From Callorhinchus milii (Eukaryota), in contig NW_024704742.1 of NCBI RefSeq assembly GCF_018977255.1, positions 77,130,001 to 77,194,000 on the forward strand: a stretch of 64,000 bases of DNA. The letters are read 5' to 3'. Positions 25,469-37,505 of this stretch are shown here, piece by piece (positions within the stretch are counted from its first letter, which is position 1; the number at the start of each line of letters is the position of its first letter). The notes beneath the pieces were generated by a model that saw only the letters and a program-made list of their open reading frames with translations, was not told the DNA's origin and searched no databases. A program made the position numbers and the translations under genes.

Positions 25469-25786
25469 CTGTAGCTCAGTGGTTAGAGCACTCGCTTTGC
25501 AAGCAAGAGACCTGAGTTCAATTCCAGGCAGGGCAAAACCTTGGGCAAGTTTCCTTACTCCACACGCCTAATAATAATCCCTCCAAAAAAACAAAAACAA
25601 TAATAAATTGGTCACTTTCAATCCATGACTGTTTGTGGGACATTGCTGTGTGTAATTGGCTGCCGCGTTCGCCCACAAATATACAGTCAATTCACTTTAC
25701 AGTATATTCTGTGAAGCGCTTTGGGATATCTAGAAGACGTGAAAAGCGCTATACCAAATGCAAGGATTATTATTATTATTATTATT
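25469..25786 (+). mobile_element. Young tRNA-head SINE inserted into an old L2 fragment (25330-26100)
   Basis: Near-identical to 34938-35272; L2-like sequence resumes on both sides. Confidence 0.9.
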
Positions 25787-27002
25787 CTTACTCGTCCGAT
25801 CCGTTGGTTCCCCATTCCTCTGCAGATTGAATTAAAGATCCTTGACCGGGCATTCAAATCCTTTACGGTCGTGTCCCATTTTTCTTCTTTGACCCCTTGA
25901 ATCCCTAATGACCTGGCCGCTCCCTAAACTCAGCTTAACAATGCCCTGCTTCGTGTCCACCGGATTGATCTGCCCCACCATTGTGGGGGGAACAGGGCAA
26001 GCTTTCAGCCATTCTGCCATGTTCTCTGGAACATCTTCCCTGTGTCTCTCCACCTCACCCTCTCTCTCTCCACCTTTGAAGCCCTCGTTGAAATCTATCT
26101 TTTGGAATTACAAGACTATGCTTTGTGTTAGTCATTGTAGTTACTGTTACAGCTGAACATCAAATTATGCAAGATCTATACCTAGGGCATCATACAATTT
26201 CTTCAGTATTAAATGACAGATAATTGCCTTGAGTAACCAGATACCTTACCAGTAATATCGAATTGTGGCTGCTACAGTCATAAGGCTGGGAGTTTATTAA
26301 GTCACACAGATCTGTTGGTTTACAAAATGCAAGTAGTTAGCGGTTTAGATCAATCTCCAGGCAGGGCATACTGCCTAGCGATAAAACTAGAAAGGCACTG
26401 TAGAATGAAAAGAGACCGTTGTATTGAAGGTAGAGCTTTTCTGGCAATGGGTTGTGTTTCGTGGAACACATTTTAGTGTTGTACTTGTTTACAGGTACAA
26501 AAGATGTGATTCATTTATATGAAGATCTATCTGGACAGTTTAACGAAAAGATAGAAATCCTGTATTCAGTTATACCAATTCAGAAAAATAATTGAACAGC
26601 AATGGCATTGCAAAACCAGGTTAGTCTGCATTTTGCAATGCTAGGGCATTGGGCAATAGCATTTTTCTGCATAAACCTCTATGACCGCACCCCCCACCCC
26701 CACACTTCTTTCCTCACTACCCCTCCCAAACGTGAATTGATTATTCCTTGCTTTATCACTTAAACCTTACACTGAATGTATTGTGGTAAGTTGATGCTGA
26801 TAATTGACAATTAACACATGTAAGTGAACAGAGTGTTGGCTTGCTTTATAAGGAGAAATGTCTGCCAAGGACCTCAGTGGTAATAAGGTCAATCCTGGAC
26901 GGGAAGAAATTATACTGAATATTTGACTGTGTAAATTCTGTATTTTACATCCAAAAGATACTGTAAAGTGACAACCAAATTTTGTATTGTTTTATTCACC
27001 AA

Positions 27003-27008
27003 AATAAA
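27003..27008 (+). promoter_or_regulatory. Candidate distal polyadenylation signal
   Basis: AATAAA preceded by TGTA elements and U-rich tract, followed by GT-rich sequence. Confidence 0.5.
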
Positions 27009-28441
27009 TTGTGTCTCGTGTACTCTACATTTGAAGTATCTTTCAATGGAAAGTTGATGATTTTGTGTTATGTATGAAAATTAATGGCTGTTTTTATTTT
27101 TGAAATAAAAAAATGGTGGTTTATCACTGATGATTGTGTTGCACAAAAGATACTATATACTATATTTTCATGAATTAATGAACAATTTTATTGCACTTAA
27201 TTGAGAAGTGATCTATGATGGCTAAGTATGAAATGTCTGTTGTTAAGAGTGCGAGGTCCTTAAATTGTTAATAACAAATTTGCCCCATATGCAATCTCTT
27301 CCAGTACTATTCTTGTCCAGTATCTTATGCTCTACTGATTCTGGTCTATATCTTGTTCTTCATTCCCTTTGTCCCGCTATTGGTAGCCGAGTTTTCAGTT
27401 ACCATGCCCCACTCACAAGAATTTTCTGCCAAAACCCCTCCTCTGCCTTACGTCTACCATCTCCATCTTCAAAACACAAGTAAACATTCATCTTTTACCT
27501 TTAGCAAGCGCCATTATTGCATTCCTGCAGATTGTCATTCCAGTTGTGGCCACCATATTGCCACAATACGTAGGAGCACTGGAGAATATTCTCCGAACAT
27601 TAGCCTAGTTTAAGGTATTAATACTTGAACAAGAAATTGGGGAAAGAAATCATAATAATGTATCAGAAGTAGGCGGTTAGGATTTTTTTAGGTAAATGAG
27701 CCTCAATGGATAACTTTTTCAAAGAACCAGTACAGACACGATGGATCAAATGACCTTCTTTGCTGTAACCTCCTATGGTACTGATGCAGACAAACATTCT
27801 TGTTTAGGAACATCAGAGAACCAAGGAACACAATTATTTATAAGATCAATTGAAATCGTGATCCTGGACACTACTTCTGTAATGTCTTCTCAGTTGGTGT
27901 TTCCAAACCAACAGAAAAATTGCCAACTCTGGGAAAGCATTCCAAAAGTAGCTGGACAGATTTTTTTCTTAAATACACTGAAGTGCTAGGGGCCTAAAGG
28001 ATTGACAATAAAGTAGGAGAGAGAGAAAATGATCCACCCGTTGGGTGCAGCATTAAACCGAGGCTCTGTCTATCTGTTTAGGTGGACGGAACTATTTGAA
28101 AAGAGAAGGGAGTTTCTCTGCCAGTGTCCTGGCCAATAATCCCCCAAATAAAATTGACCATTGTGGCTACATTGCTGGGTGCAATTTGGCTGCAGTGTTT
28201 GCCCACAAAACACAGTCAATAAACTTTCCAGTATATCCTGTGAAGTGCTTTGGATCGTCGTCCTGATATGAAAGGAGCTATACTGAATGTAAGCATTATT
28301 ATTGTTATTATCTGTTGAGAATTGGAATGTAAACCCATAAACAGGCAAACTTGGTGGTTTGAAATGGTCTACCTCCTTATTATCTTTCATGTACAGGTAG
28401 GTAGGACAACCAGAGGCATCAGAAATGGAACCAACAAAATT

Positions 28442-28692
28442 CAGAGGTGATCATGCTACCAAATGAGCAAAACTGACACCTTTGGCAATGTATTAAGAAA
28501 ATATCAGAAACTTAGTACAAGAGTGTCGGACAAGCACACAAACAGGTACAGCCCCCTGTGGTGTCAAGACGTATTCTGGGAGCATGTGCAATGTCTGCCG
28601 AGCCTGAAAGGTACCCTGTGGTGTATGATGATTGTGTGCCAGAAAACATCACCCTGCCATCATCTGCATCCTACTGGTGAATTCACATGAAT
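28442..28692 (+). repeat. Direct repeat copy 1 (~250 bp)
   Basis: Colinear with 31286-31534. Confidence 0.92.
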
Positions 28693-28758
28693 TCTCCTTT
28701 TAAAATATCAGGATAAAGTTTGCAGCCTTTGTTAACTATTGCTGGTGTTAACTATGGG

Positions 28759-28774
28759 CCACTAGATGGCAGCA
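28759..28774 (+). promoter_or_regulatory. Candidate CTCF site
   Basis: CCACTAGATGGCAGCA, close to the CTCF core consensus. Confidence 0.65.
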
Positions 28775-28852
28775 CACCCCTCCAAGTAAGATCCCAGTGT
28801 CCACCTTTCATTTAGAAGCAAATATTTTGTTGTTTTATAAATTGTTGGTTTG

Positions 28853-29066
28853 ATAATAATAATAATAATCCTTGCATTTGATATAGCGCTTTTCACGTCG
28901 GGAGGACGTCCCAAAGCGCTTCACAGAACACACTGTAAAGTGAATTGACTGTATATTTGTGGGCGAACGCGGCAGCCAATTGCGCACAGCAATGTCCCAC
29001 AAACAGTCATGGATTGAAAATGACCAATTTATTATTGTTTTGTTTTTTTGGAGGGATTATTATTAT
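28853..29066 (-). mobile_element. Headless young SINE 3' module
   Basis: Near-identical to 35050-35272 reversed; no tRNA head. Confidence 0.9.
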
Positions 29067-30022
29067 ATGATTATGATGTAATTATTTTTTATTGACTATT
29101 TCATGTTGCTGGGTTGATCTGCTGAGGAGTGAAATCCTCGCTCTCCCTGGCCAGTGTAACATTTGTCCAGTGGAACGGGGCTGAGCCAAGGCCTGCAGGC
29201 TGATCAATAACACTATTTGGTGAAATGGACCATTGTGCCCAGGAGACTTTGGTAGATTTAATCCTTTTGGGCTTCTTGTAACGTTGTTCTGACCTCTGTG
29301 TACTCTGCTTATTCTTGAACAAGATTGTTTTCATCTTGTATTTGGTCACAGACACCTACTGTTAATAGTTTTAAAACATCTGCCATTTCCTAATTTTCTT
29401 CCCTCCCCGTAGTATTTCTATCAAACTATTCCTCAAAAGGACTATTTGACTTCAATACTGCCTGCTTGAAATTATTTTGGATCTTTTTTGTTGCCATCTG
29501 CAATCCCTTATAATATTCATTTGAATTAGCTTCAACCACCTATTATTTTCCAGTCATTCTATATTGCTTATAACTTTTTAAAAATAATTCTTAGCCTCCA
29601 AGTTGTTTTTTGATCTTGTTCAGACACTTTCAGCTAAGTTATTTTTCTGATATTGATCTTCCTCTCTATATCCTTTAGTATCAAATATTCCCTTTTACTT
29701 TCTATTCTGTTTTATATCTATGTACTGCATGCCCCTCCATCCCCCCCCCCCCCCCCCCCCCCCCCGCCTCCTGCTTGCCCCTCTTCCACCCTTGCCAAAG
29801 ACGCACACGCACACACACCTGCCTTGTCCTCTCCTCTTAGTGCTGAGACATTTGGGCTTTCCCTTAATGAACATTTCAAACTAATCAATATAATGATCAC
29901 CAGAGCCAAAATGTTCACTCCACCAGACTAATAATTCTTTTTTCAGGTTTACTACATATTAAATTGAATTAATGCTCAAGCTAATACTGTGCTGCACATA
30001 TTGTGCCAAGAAGCAATCACTC

Positions 30023-30412
30023 ATTACTTCTGTGCAATTGTTTGCACTTTCACCTCTCTCCCTTTTGTTATTGATCTGTCTGCTGCATCTCTGGATCCTG
30101 GGATTTTTATCTCCCTGTTCCTTCAGTGAAAATTAAATGATATAAACATGTTGGCATTGTTACCTCTGGATGAAGGTACACTGCCATCCAAAGTGGCTCC
30201 CCATCCTACATCCAGAGCCAGAACTGTAGGGTAAGTGCCCACCTTAGGTGGGCTGGCTGCCTTGTTCTTTGTTATTGAAAGCAAGCTAAGCAAGCAAGCT
30301 AATTTTCACTGAAGGAACAGGGAGATAAAAATCCCAGGATCCAGAGATGCAGCAGGCAGATCAATAACAAAAGGGAGAGAGGTGAAAGTGCAAACAATTG
30401 CACAGAAGTAAT
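30023..30412. repeat. 113-bp inverted repeat (arms 30023-30135 and 30300-30412, 164-bp spacer)
   Basis: Arms reverse-complementary at 112/113 positions by manual comparison. Confidence 0.97.
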
Positions 30413-30675
30413 AAGCAGTTTAACTAAAGATGGGGAAGATTCAGGGCCACCAAATTGAAGTGACTGCTCACAAGTGTTAATGACGGCACATAGACCAGTT
30501 GAACATTGATGTTGTTCTCCATGCTTTGGATTCAGTCCTTCCAGGCTTTGCATTATTTTGTATGTACAATTCCAAGTCGCTATTTCTGAATTCCACATTT
30601 TTGTGACCAGCATCAAAATGTCTCAGATAAAATGTAAGATCCTAATAATGAAATACAAGATGAGTCTGGTTTTGG

Positions 30676-31091
30676 GTGTCAGTGTGGGGCAAGCCTGGAC
30701 TCTGATTCAGAGGTATGGGTTCATCTCCTATGTCAGGAGTTTGAGCTTGTAGTCTGTTCAGATACTTCCATTACAGTGCTTGGGAAGCATCACATTATCC
30801 GACATCCTGTCCTTTGGATAAGACGTTAAACCAAGGGCTCATCTGTCTGTTCAAGTGAACTTTAAAGATCCAAGGACAATATTCGAAAAGAGGAGTTTCT
30901 TCTGGTGTCCTGCACAACAACCCTCCAGATAAAATTGGCTTTTAACTTTTTGGCTGTGTGATATTACTGTGCGAAAATTGGCTTCTGTGTTCACTTACGA
31001 ATACAGTCACTGCAATTTATAGTAATATTCTGTGAAACGCTTCAAGATATTTCGACAGTTGATAAGGGTCTGTATCAAATGCAAGGATTAT
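30676..31091 (+). mobile_element. DeuSINE-type SINE
   Basis: gttaaaccaagggctcatctgtctgttcaagtg..aaagatcc core and L2-like tail. Confidence 0.75.
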
Positions 31092-31285
31092 AAATCCATT
31101 TTATGTGACTCATTAACATGTGAATTCTTGGGGCAATATTAGAGAAGTACAATCTATGAGATCTTTAGCAGCTTGGCAGACAGAAGCTTGCTTTAACGTC
31201 TGATTCAAAAGGTGCCACCTTCAACACTGCCATGCTCTCCAGAATTGCACTGGAGTTACACTGTTGAGCCAAACCAGTCCAGATC

Positions 31286-31534
31286 CAGAGGTGATCATGC
31301 TACCAACTGAGCAAAGTTGACACCTTTGGCAAGGTATTAAGAAAATATCAGAAATTTAGTAAAGAGTGTCGGACAAGCACATGTACAGGTACAACCTCCT
31401 GTGGTGGCAGACTTAATCTGGGAGCATATGTAATGTCTGCCGAGCCTGAAAGGTACCCTGTGGTTTATGAAGATTGTGTGCCAGAGAACACCATCCTGCC
31501 ATCATCTGCATCCTGCTGGTGAATTCACATGAAT
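31286..31534 (+). repeat. Direct repeat copy 2 (~250 bp)
   Basis: Colinear with 28442-28692. Confidence 0.92.
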
Positions 31535-33849
31535 GTGCGGCTGGGGATCAGACCAGGCTGATAAGCACAGTCTCTTAGAATAGACACAGCTTAAGAATAA
31601 GCAACGTGCTGTAAGAATGACTAAATGTTGTACAGATAAACATTAAATGTCACAAAAATGAGTGCTGTGCCCTCGGTTATATTGTACAGCCGAGAATCAT
31701 ACTGACTATCTACATACTGTAACTAGGTACCTGCACAAGCAACCAGAAATAAGGGGTCAAATATTCTCCAATGATAACATACCACGTACATTGAATGCCA
31801 CTGCAGATAGAAGCACAATATAGCTGAATCCTCCGTTTAGATCAGCAACAACATTTTCTCGATGTAACTGAAAATAACTTGCACAAAGTCAACAGGGTAG
31901 AGGGAATCAAATGGTTAACTTTAAAGCCACTTCCTATATATATCCTCTAACTATGATGTGAAACTACCATGAAGACCAACGGATTCAGGAAAAACAGACC
32001 AAATTACATAGAATAATATTGGCACAGAAACTAGTTATTTGGCCCAACTTGTCTGTGTCTGACTGCTCTGCAACTTGATATAAATAATTGTAATTTTTAT
32101 TGGTTGTTCAATTTATGGCTATTTGGGACATTGGCGTGCACAAGTTGGCTGCAGTAATCGCCTAAAGAATACAGTCACAACACTTCATAGTATATTTTGT
32201 GAAGCAATTTGAGACATCCTCCTAGCGTTCTGTAAGACTAATGTTGTACACAAAAACATTTAATATCACAGCATTTCCCAATGTGAAAGATGCTATGTTA
32301 AATGCAAGGATTATTATTATTATTGCAAAATGAGCTGCTTCCAGTTGAGTGCAAAATCCTGTCGTAATGATTTTGCAGTTGGACAAAAACAAAATCCAAA
32401 CCACTTTTCGGTGGTTATTGCTGTTTTAAAAACTTGTTCAAAATTGTTCACGTTGTTTTCAAACAAAAAGATTCATGATCCATTGCTCTGTTATCTTTGG
32501 CGGACAGGTGAACACAAATCTAAATTGTTCTATTGTAATTCTTGTTAGGTGCACTATTTGCAGCAGAATCGGACCTGGCTCTGAAACTTTCAAATAACCG
32601 AGTTAAGCACTATAGATGCAGAAATTGTAGATGTCATATTTGCCTGAGTCTAAGCTACAAGTTGCTAAACCATTTCAATTAAATGCCTGTGGCATAAGAA
32701 CGTAAGAAATTGCTTGGCGAAAGAAGACCAAGGTCCATCTAGTTTGCCTTCCACCATCCTGATAGTTGCTTGACATATCGTGTCCCAAACTATACACTGT
32801 TTCCTGAGATAGAATTGTATCTGCAGTTATTGGTAAATGCATACCATGGTCAATATTTTAACTCTCTGGGAACTATTTCTTCAATTTCAGTGTCCATTTT
32901 TTTCTAAGTTCCTGCTCCCCACTGGATTATGCCCCTCTGCTCCTGACCCGACTTCTCCTTGCTGGAGTATTTTTCCACATGCACTGGTTACCCTGCCTAT
33001 TGTTAACATGTGAACCTTTGCAGTGATGTAGGCAGGACCTTCAACACTGGATGTATTTGAGTTTCAGCAGTGAATACTAAATGTTCCTTTTACAATAAGG
33101 ATTTGCCTACACGATACATAATCACTTCACTTTACAGTATATCCAGTAGGCTCCTGAGATGGCCTCTCAACTTGAAAAGCTCAGAAGGATTATTAATAAA
33201 TTAGCGTTATTTTTATTCCCTTCAATTTCTGCCAATGCAGTATCTTTTTCAAGAATCTTCCTTGAATAGTGCGCGTGTATGGTGTCTTCAGGAGATAAAC
33301 CACCCAGGCTTCAGCACTCAGAGCAGTTACTGAGCCTAATGCCATGAGTTTCATGAACATGAGTAAGTGACCTGGCAAGCTTCAGTTTTGACTGTGATTA
33401 TTGAATTCACCTTGTCAGACTGTCAACAAATCTCAGTAACTATTCCCAATCATGTCACCAGTGCTCGGTGTTTAGGGAAGAATATGTTTGCATGTTGATT
33501 TAAAAGGATGGGTCATCTCAATGATTTAAAGATGTATCATATTTTAACATGCAGCACTGTGGTGGTGTCCGCATGTGTCAGACACTCGACTGACCAAAGA
33601 TAAAACACTGTTCACTGAGAGATGAGAAACAAATGTTGATGTATACTGTACTGCACGCTCAATCAATTCAAATTAAAACTCTTCAGCTTTACAGGTGAAA
33701 GGCTCAGTGACAAAGAACACCACTTACTAAATGCTATAACCATATGATACAAGGTTCATGGATACAAGTAGATTTACTGATGATATTTCAAAATACATTT
33801 TCAAAGCAGAGATTTAAGAATAGGAATAAATAATAGAGTTCTACGGAGT

Positions 33850-34330
33850 CAGATTATAAAATCTCCGAATGGAGCAACCTAGCTTGATTAGGACATTGAA
33901 GAATACATATAAAGTCTTATGCTTTATGTCAAAATAAATAGAATACAAAAGCAAGGAAATAAAGTTATATTTGTCTAAGACCTCGATTAGATTAGATTTA
34001 GAGTACACTGTACAGTTCTGGTTACCATACTACAATGCAGCAGCATAGATTTACTAGGCTATTATCAGGCACGAGAGGATACAGCTGTCAGGAGAGACTG
34101 GACAGAATAGAGCTTTTCCTAATGCAGATGAGACAAGTGAGAGGGAATCTGATAAAGGAGTTAAAAATTATGAAGTTTGATAAAGTGCACATAGACAATT
34201 TTCATTTTTTGGTGAGTCCATATCTAAGGGGCATAAGTATAAGACAGCCAGTAACAGATCTGAAAGAAAATTTAGGGGGAATTTCTTTACGCAGAGGGTA
34301 GTGATCTGTGTTTAAAAAGGAAACTCAATG
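33850..34330 (+). mobile_element. Decayed CR1 3' fragment
   Basis: RFTRLLSG..ERLDRIELF..RGNLIK resembles CR1 ORF2 C-terminus. Confidence 0.75.
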
Positions 34331-34937
34331 TATACATTGACAATTTGCATTTATATAGCACTTTTTACATAACTGTTCGGAGAATTTCACAGGGATGGAG
34401 TTGAACACTGTTCAGTGAGAGGGGGAGGGGCACAGAGAAGTGACAACAGGCTTATTCAGGAAGGTAGAATTTGAAGCAGGAGTTAAAGCCAGAACGTGTA
34501 CGTGTGTGTGTGTGTGTGTGTGTATGTGGGGGGGGGGCTGCTAGAGGGAATGGTAGGGTGAGGGAGTTCCACAGGTTAGGGTCAAAGGAACTGAAGGTTC
34601 AGAGGAACACACACAGGAAACCCAAATTAGATAATTAGATGAATGCAGGAGGAGGGGAGGGAAGAAGGAAATCTGAGAGGCAAAGGGTGCCAGGTTGTGG
34701 ATGGATTTGTAGGTGAGGACCTTGAAATGAATCCTCTAGGAGATAGTGATGACTGTCAAGGACTGGGGTGAACATGCAGAGTTTGGTACAGGTGAGAAGG
34801 CGGGTGGTGGGGTTTTGGATGAGTTGCTGCTTGTGAATGGTGGAGCTGGAGATCATTGGGGGTTGCATCAGAAAAGTCTAAATGGGATATGATAATAGCA
34901 TACATGAGAGAGAAGGGAATCAAGGGGAGGCTATTAA

Positions 34938-35241
34938 GGAGTCCTGTAGCTCAGTGGTTAGAGCACTCGCTTTGCAAGTGAGAGACCTGAGTTCAATTCC
35001 AGGCACAGGGCGAAACCTTGGGCAAGTTTCCTTACTCCACACAGAGCCTAATAATAATCCCTCCAAAACAAAACAATAATAAATTGGTCATTTTCAATCT
35101 ACGACTGTTTGTGGGACATTGCTGTGCGCAATTGGCTGCCGCATTCGCCCACAAATATACAGTCAATTCACTTTACAGTCTATTCTGTGAAGCGCTTTGG
35201 GACGTCCTCCCGACGTGAAAAGCGCTATATCAAATGCAAGG

Positions 35242-35272
<31 letters not shown>
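34938..35272 (+). mobile_element. Young full-length tRNA(Ala-like)-derived SINE with L2 3' tail
   Basis: A-box tagctcagtgg, TGC anticodon-like loop (ctttgcaag), B-box gagttcaattcc; tail gcgctttgggacgtcctcccgacgtgaaaagcgct shared with L2; (att)n. Confidence 0.93.
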
Positions 35273-35273
<1 letters not shown>

Positions 35274-35564
35274 GGGAGGCTAGGGGTAGGGGATTAGGAT
35301 TTATGGAGGCTCATGTGGAGTATAAACATGGGCACAAACCAGTTGGGTCAAACAGCCTGTTTCAATGCTCTAGATTCTATGAAATATAACAATATAAAAA
35401 TAAATGATTTGAGCCTTATTTTGAACTTCATATAGGCCTCTTTCCAACTTCCACAATAGTTTTAAGTTTAAAAATATGAGACTTCAGGTTTCCAGAGACC
35501 TAATTTCATCTCTTAACCTAAAAAACTTTTTTATTTTAATTTGGAAGCCAATATTTAAGATAAC

Positions 35565-35942
35565 AATAATAATAATAGTCCTTGCATTTGATATAGCGCC
35601 TTATCAAATCTTTGAGATGTCTCAAAGCACTTCACAGAATAGACTGTAAAGTGAATTGACTGTGTATTCTGTGGGCGAAACATGGGAGCCAATTACACAC
35701 AGCAGTGTCCCACAAACAGTCGTGGATTGAGTGACCAAATTAGTATTTTTGTAAAAAAATTTTAAGGGATTATTACCCACAGAAAAGCAATCCGTCAATT
35801 AACTAACAACCAGATTCCTACATACTGCTAGATAAATAGAAGCGTGTGGAGTAAAGAAACTTGCCCAACCTTTCACCCTGCCGGGAATTGAACCCAGATC
35901 CTCTCGCTTGTGAGGCGAGTGCTCTAACCACTAAGCTTACAG
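35565..35942 (-). mobile_element. tRNA-head SINE, long variant
   Basis: Same structure as 15620-15995. Confidence 0.88.
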
Positions 35943-36779
35943 ATGATTGGCAAATTGATGAAACTACTGAAGGGAGACTTGGCCTAGTTGAATGAGAAGA
36001 GGATACCAACTCCTTCACAAGAGGAAGGGGAAAATTGATCAGAGATTTTTTTTCTATTCCAGTTATTTTGTGACTTTTCCCTCTTCTTGAATCCTGCCAA
36101 CACTGATTTAGTTTTCTTCTGAATCTGACTTTTTTTTAACTATTTTGAATTTTACACAATACAAAGTTAAGCTATAGTGAATATTTTCATCATGTATAGA
36201 GAAGTATTGCTGGGAAAGACTGGGAGCTACTTTCAAGAATCTGCTCTATATATAATACAACACAATTTCCACTTATGTAGCACCTTTGATGTCGGGAGTT
36301 TGACAATTCTTAAATTTGATGGGGCAGGAATTACACCAGATTTACCTGGGATTCTGTAACAGAGCTCAGGGAGAGATGTTGAACAGCCTTGCAGTGTTGG
36401 TCAGAAGTTGTGGTGTCTAGAGAAGAGTTTGTTCGAGGTTATTTGTTGAAAGTGTGTCAGTGGTACAAACTTTTGGAGATTGAGAGGAACAACAGTACTT
36501 TTAGAACGATCAGTAGTTGGTAAACTGGAGAGAAACTAAGACAGCCAGCCTGATCATGGAAAAGATGAGCACAGAGTGAAGGCACAACATATGGAGGACA
36601 AACAACAACAACAAAATTACATTTTTAAAGCGCCTTTCACGTTGGGAAGCTGTCCCAAGGTGCTGAACAGTCGGGGATCAGTACAAGGGGTTTAAACAAG
36701 TGGTTTAATGAATGCTCCTTCCACAGTGTTAGAACCCTTCCACAGTGTTATATGCCCAGTATATGGATTTAACCTGAGA

Positions 36780-37505
36780 AAGTTGGGAGCTAAGGAGCAG
36801 AAGCCTTAACATTTTTGGAGATGCCATTCTTTGGATAAGATGCTAAACTAAGGCCCTGTCTGATTGTTCAGGCGGGTGTTAAAGAATCCAATAATAATAA
36901 TAATCCTTGCATTTGATATAGCGCTTTATCACGTCTTCAAGACATCTCAAAGTGCTTCACAGAATATACTGCAAAGTGAATTGACTGTATATTTTGACTG
37001 TGGGTGAAATGTGCAGCCAATGGCGTGCAGTAGTGTCACACATACAGTCGTGGATTGAAGTGACCAATTTATTATTTTTCTTCTTTTGAAGGAATTATTA
37101 CCCCCAGAAAGGTGATCCGCCAATTGACTAAAAACAGGGTTCCTACTTACTGCTAGGTAAACCGAGATGTGTGCAGTAAGAAAACTTGCCCAACATTTTG
37201 CCCTGCCGGGAATCGAACCCAGGTCTTTCGCTTGTGAGATCGATGGTGCTTGCCAGGTCAATGGCGCTATTCAAAAAGAGTTTCTTGAGTTTCTCTCTCC
37301 CAGTCTTCTGGCAAACAATCCCCCAAATGAAATTAGTCATTCATTTTGTGGCTGTTTGTGGGATATTGCTGTGTGCATTTGTGCTGCCACTTTTGTCTAC
37401 AAATACACAAGTCACTCCATTTCACAGTAAATCCTGTGAAGCACTTTGAGATGTCCTTCTGACATGATAAGCCGCTATACCAAATGAAACGATTATTATT
37501 ATTAA
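36780..37505 (+). mobile_element. DeuSINE interrupted by a minus-strand SINE (36891-~37240)
   Basis: Deu core split as aaagaatcca|atggcgctattc around the inserted SINE. Confidence 0.8.

Larger units (their letters stand above)
22501..27030 (+). other. ZDHHC21: Putative ZDHHC21 3'UTR (end uncertain)
   Basis: Follows stop codon; AT-rich; AATAAA at 23782, 24951, 27003, 27104. Confidence 0.5.

Noticed and set aside
29741..29765. 25-nt poly-C run giving poly-Pro / poly-Gly ORFs
   Set aside because: Homopolymer; length is unreliable and there is no coding evidence
34938..35010. tRNA-Ala gene
   Set aside because: Has A/B boxes but runs into a SINE body and recurs as a SINE head; no proper acceptor stem
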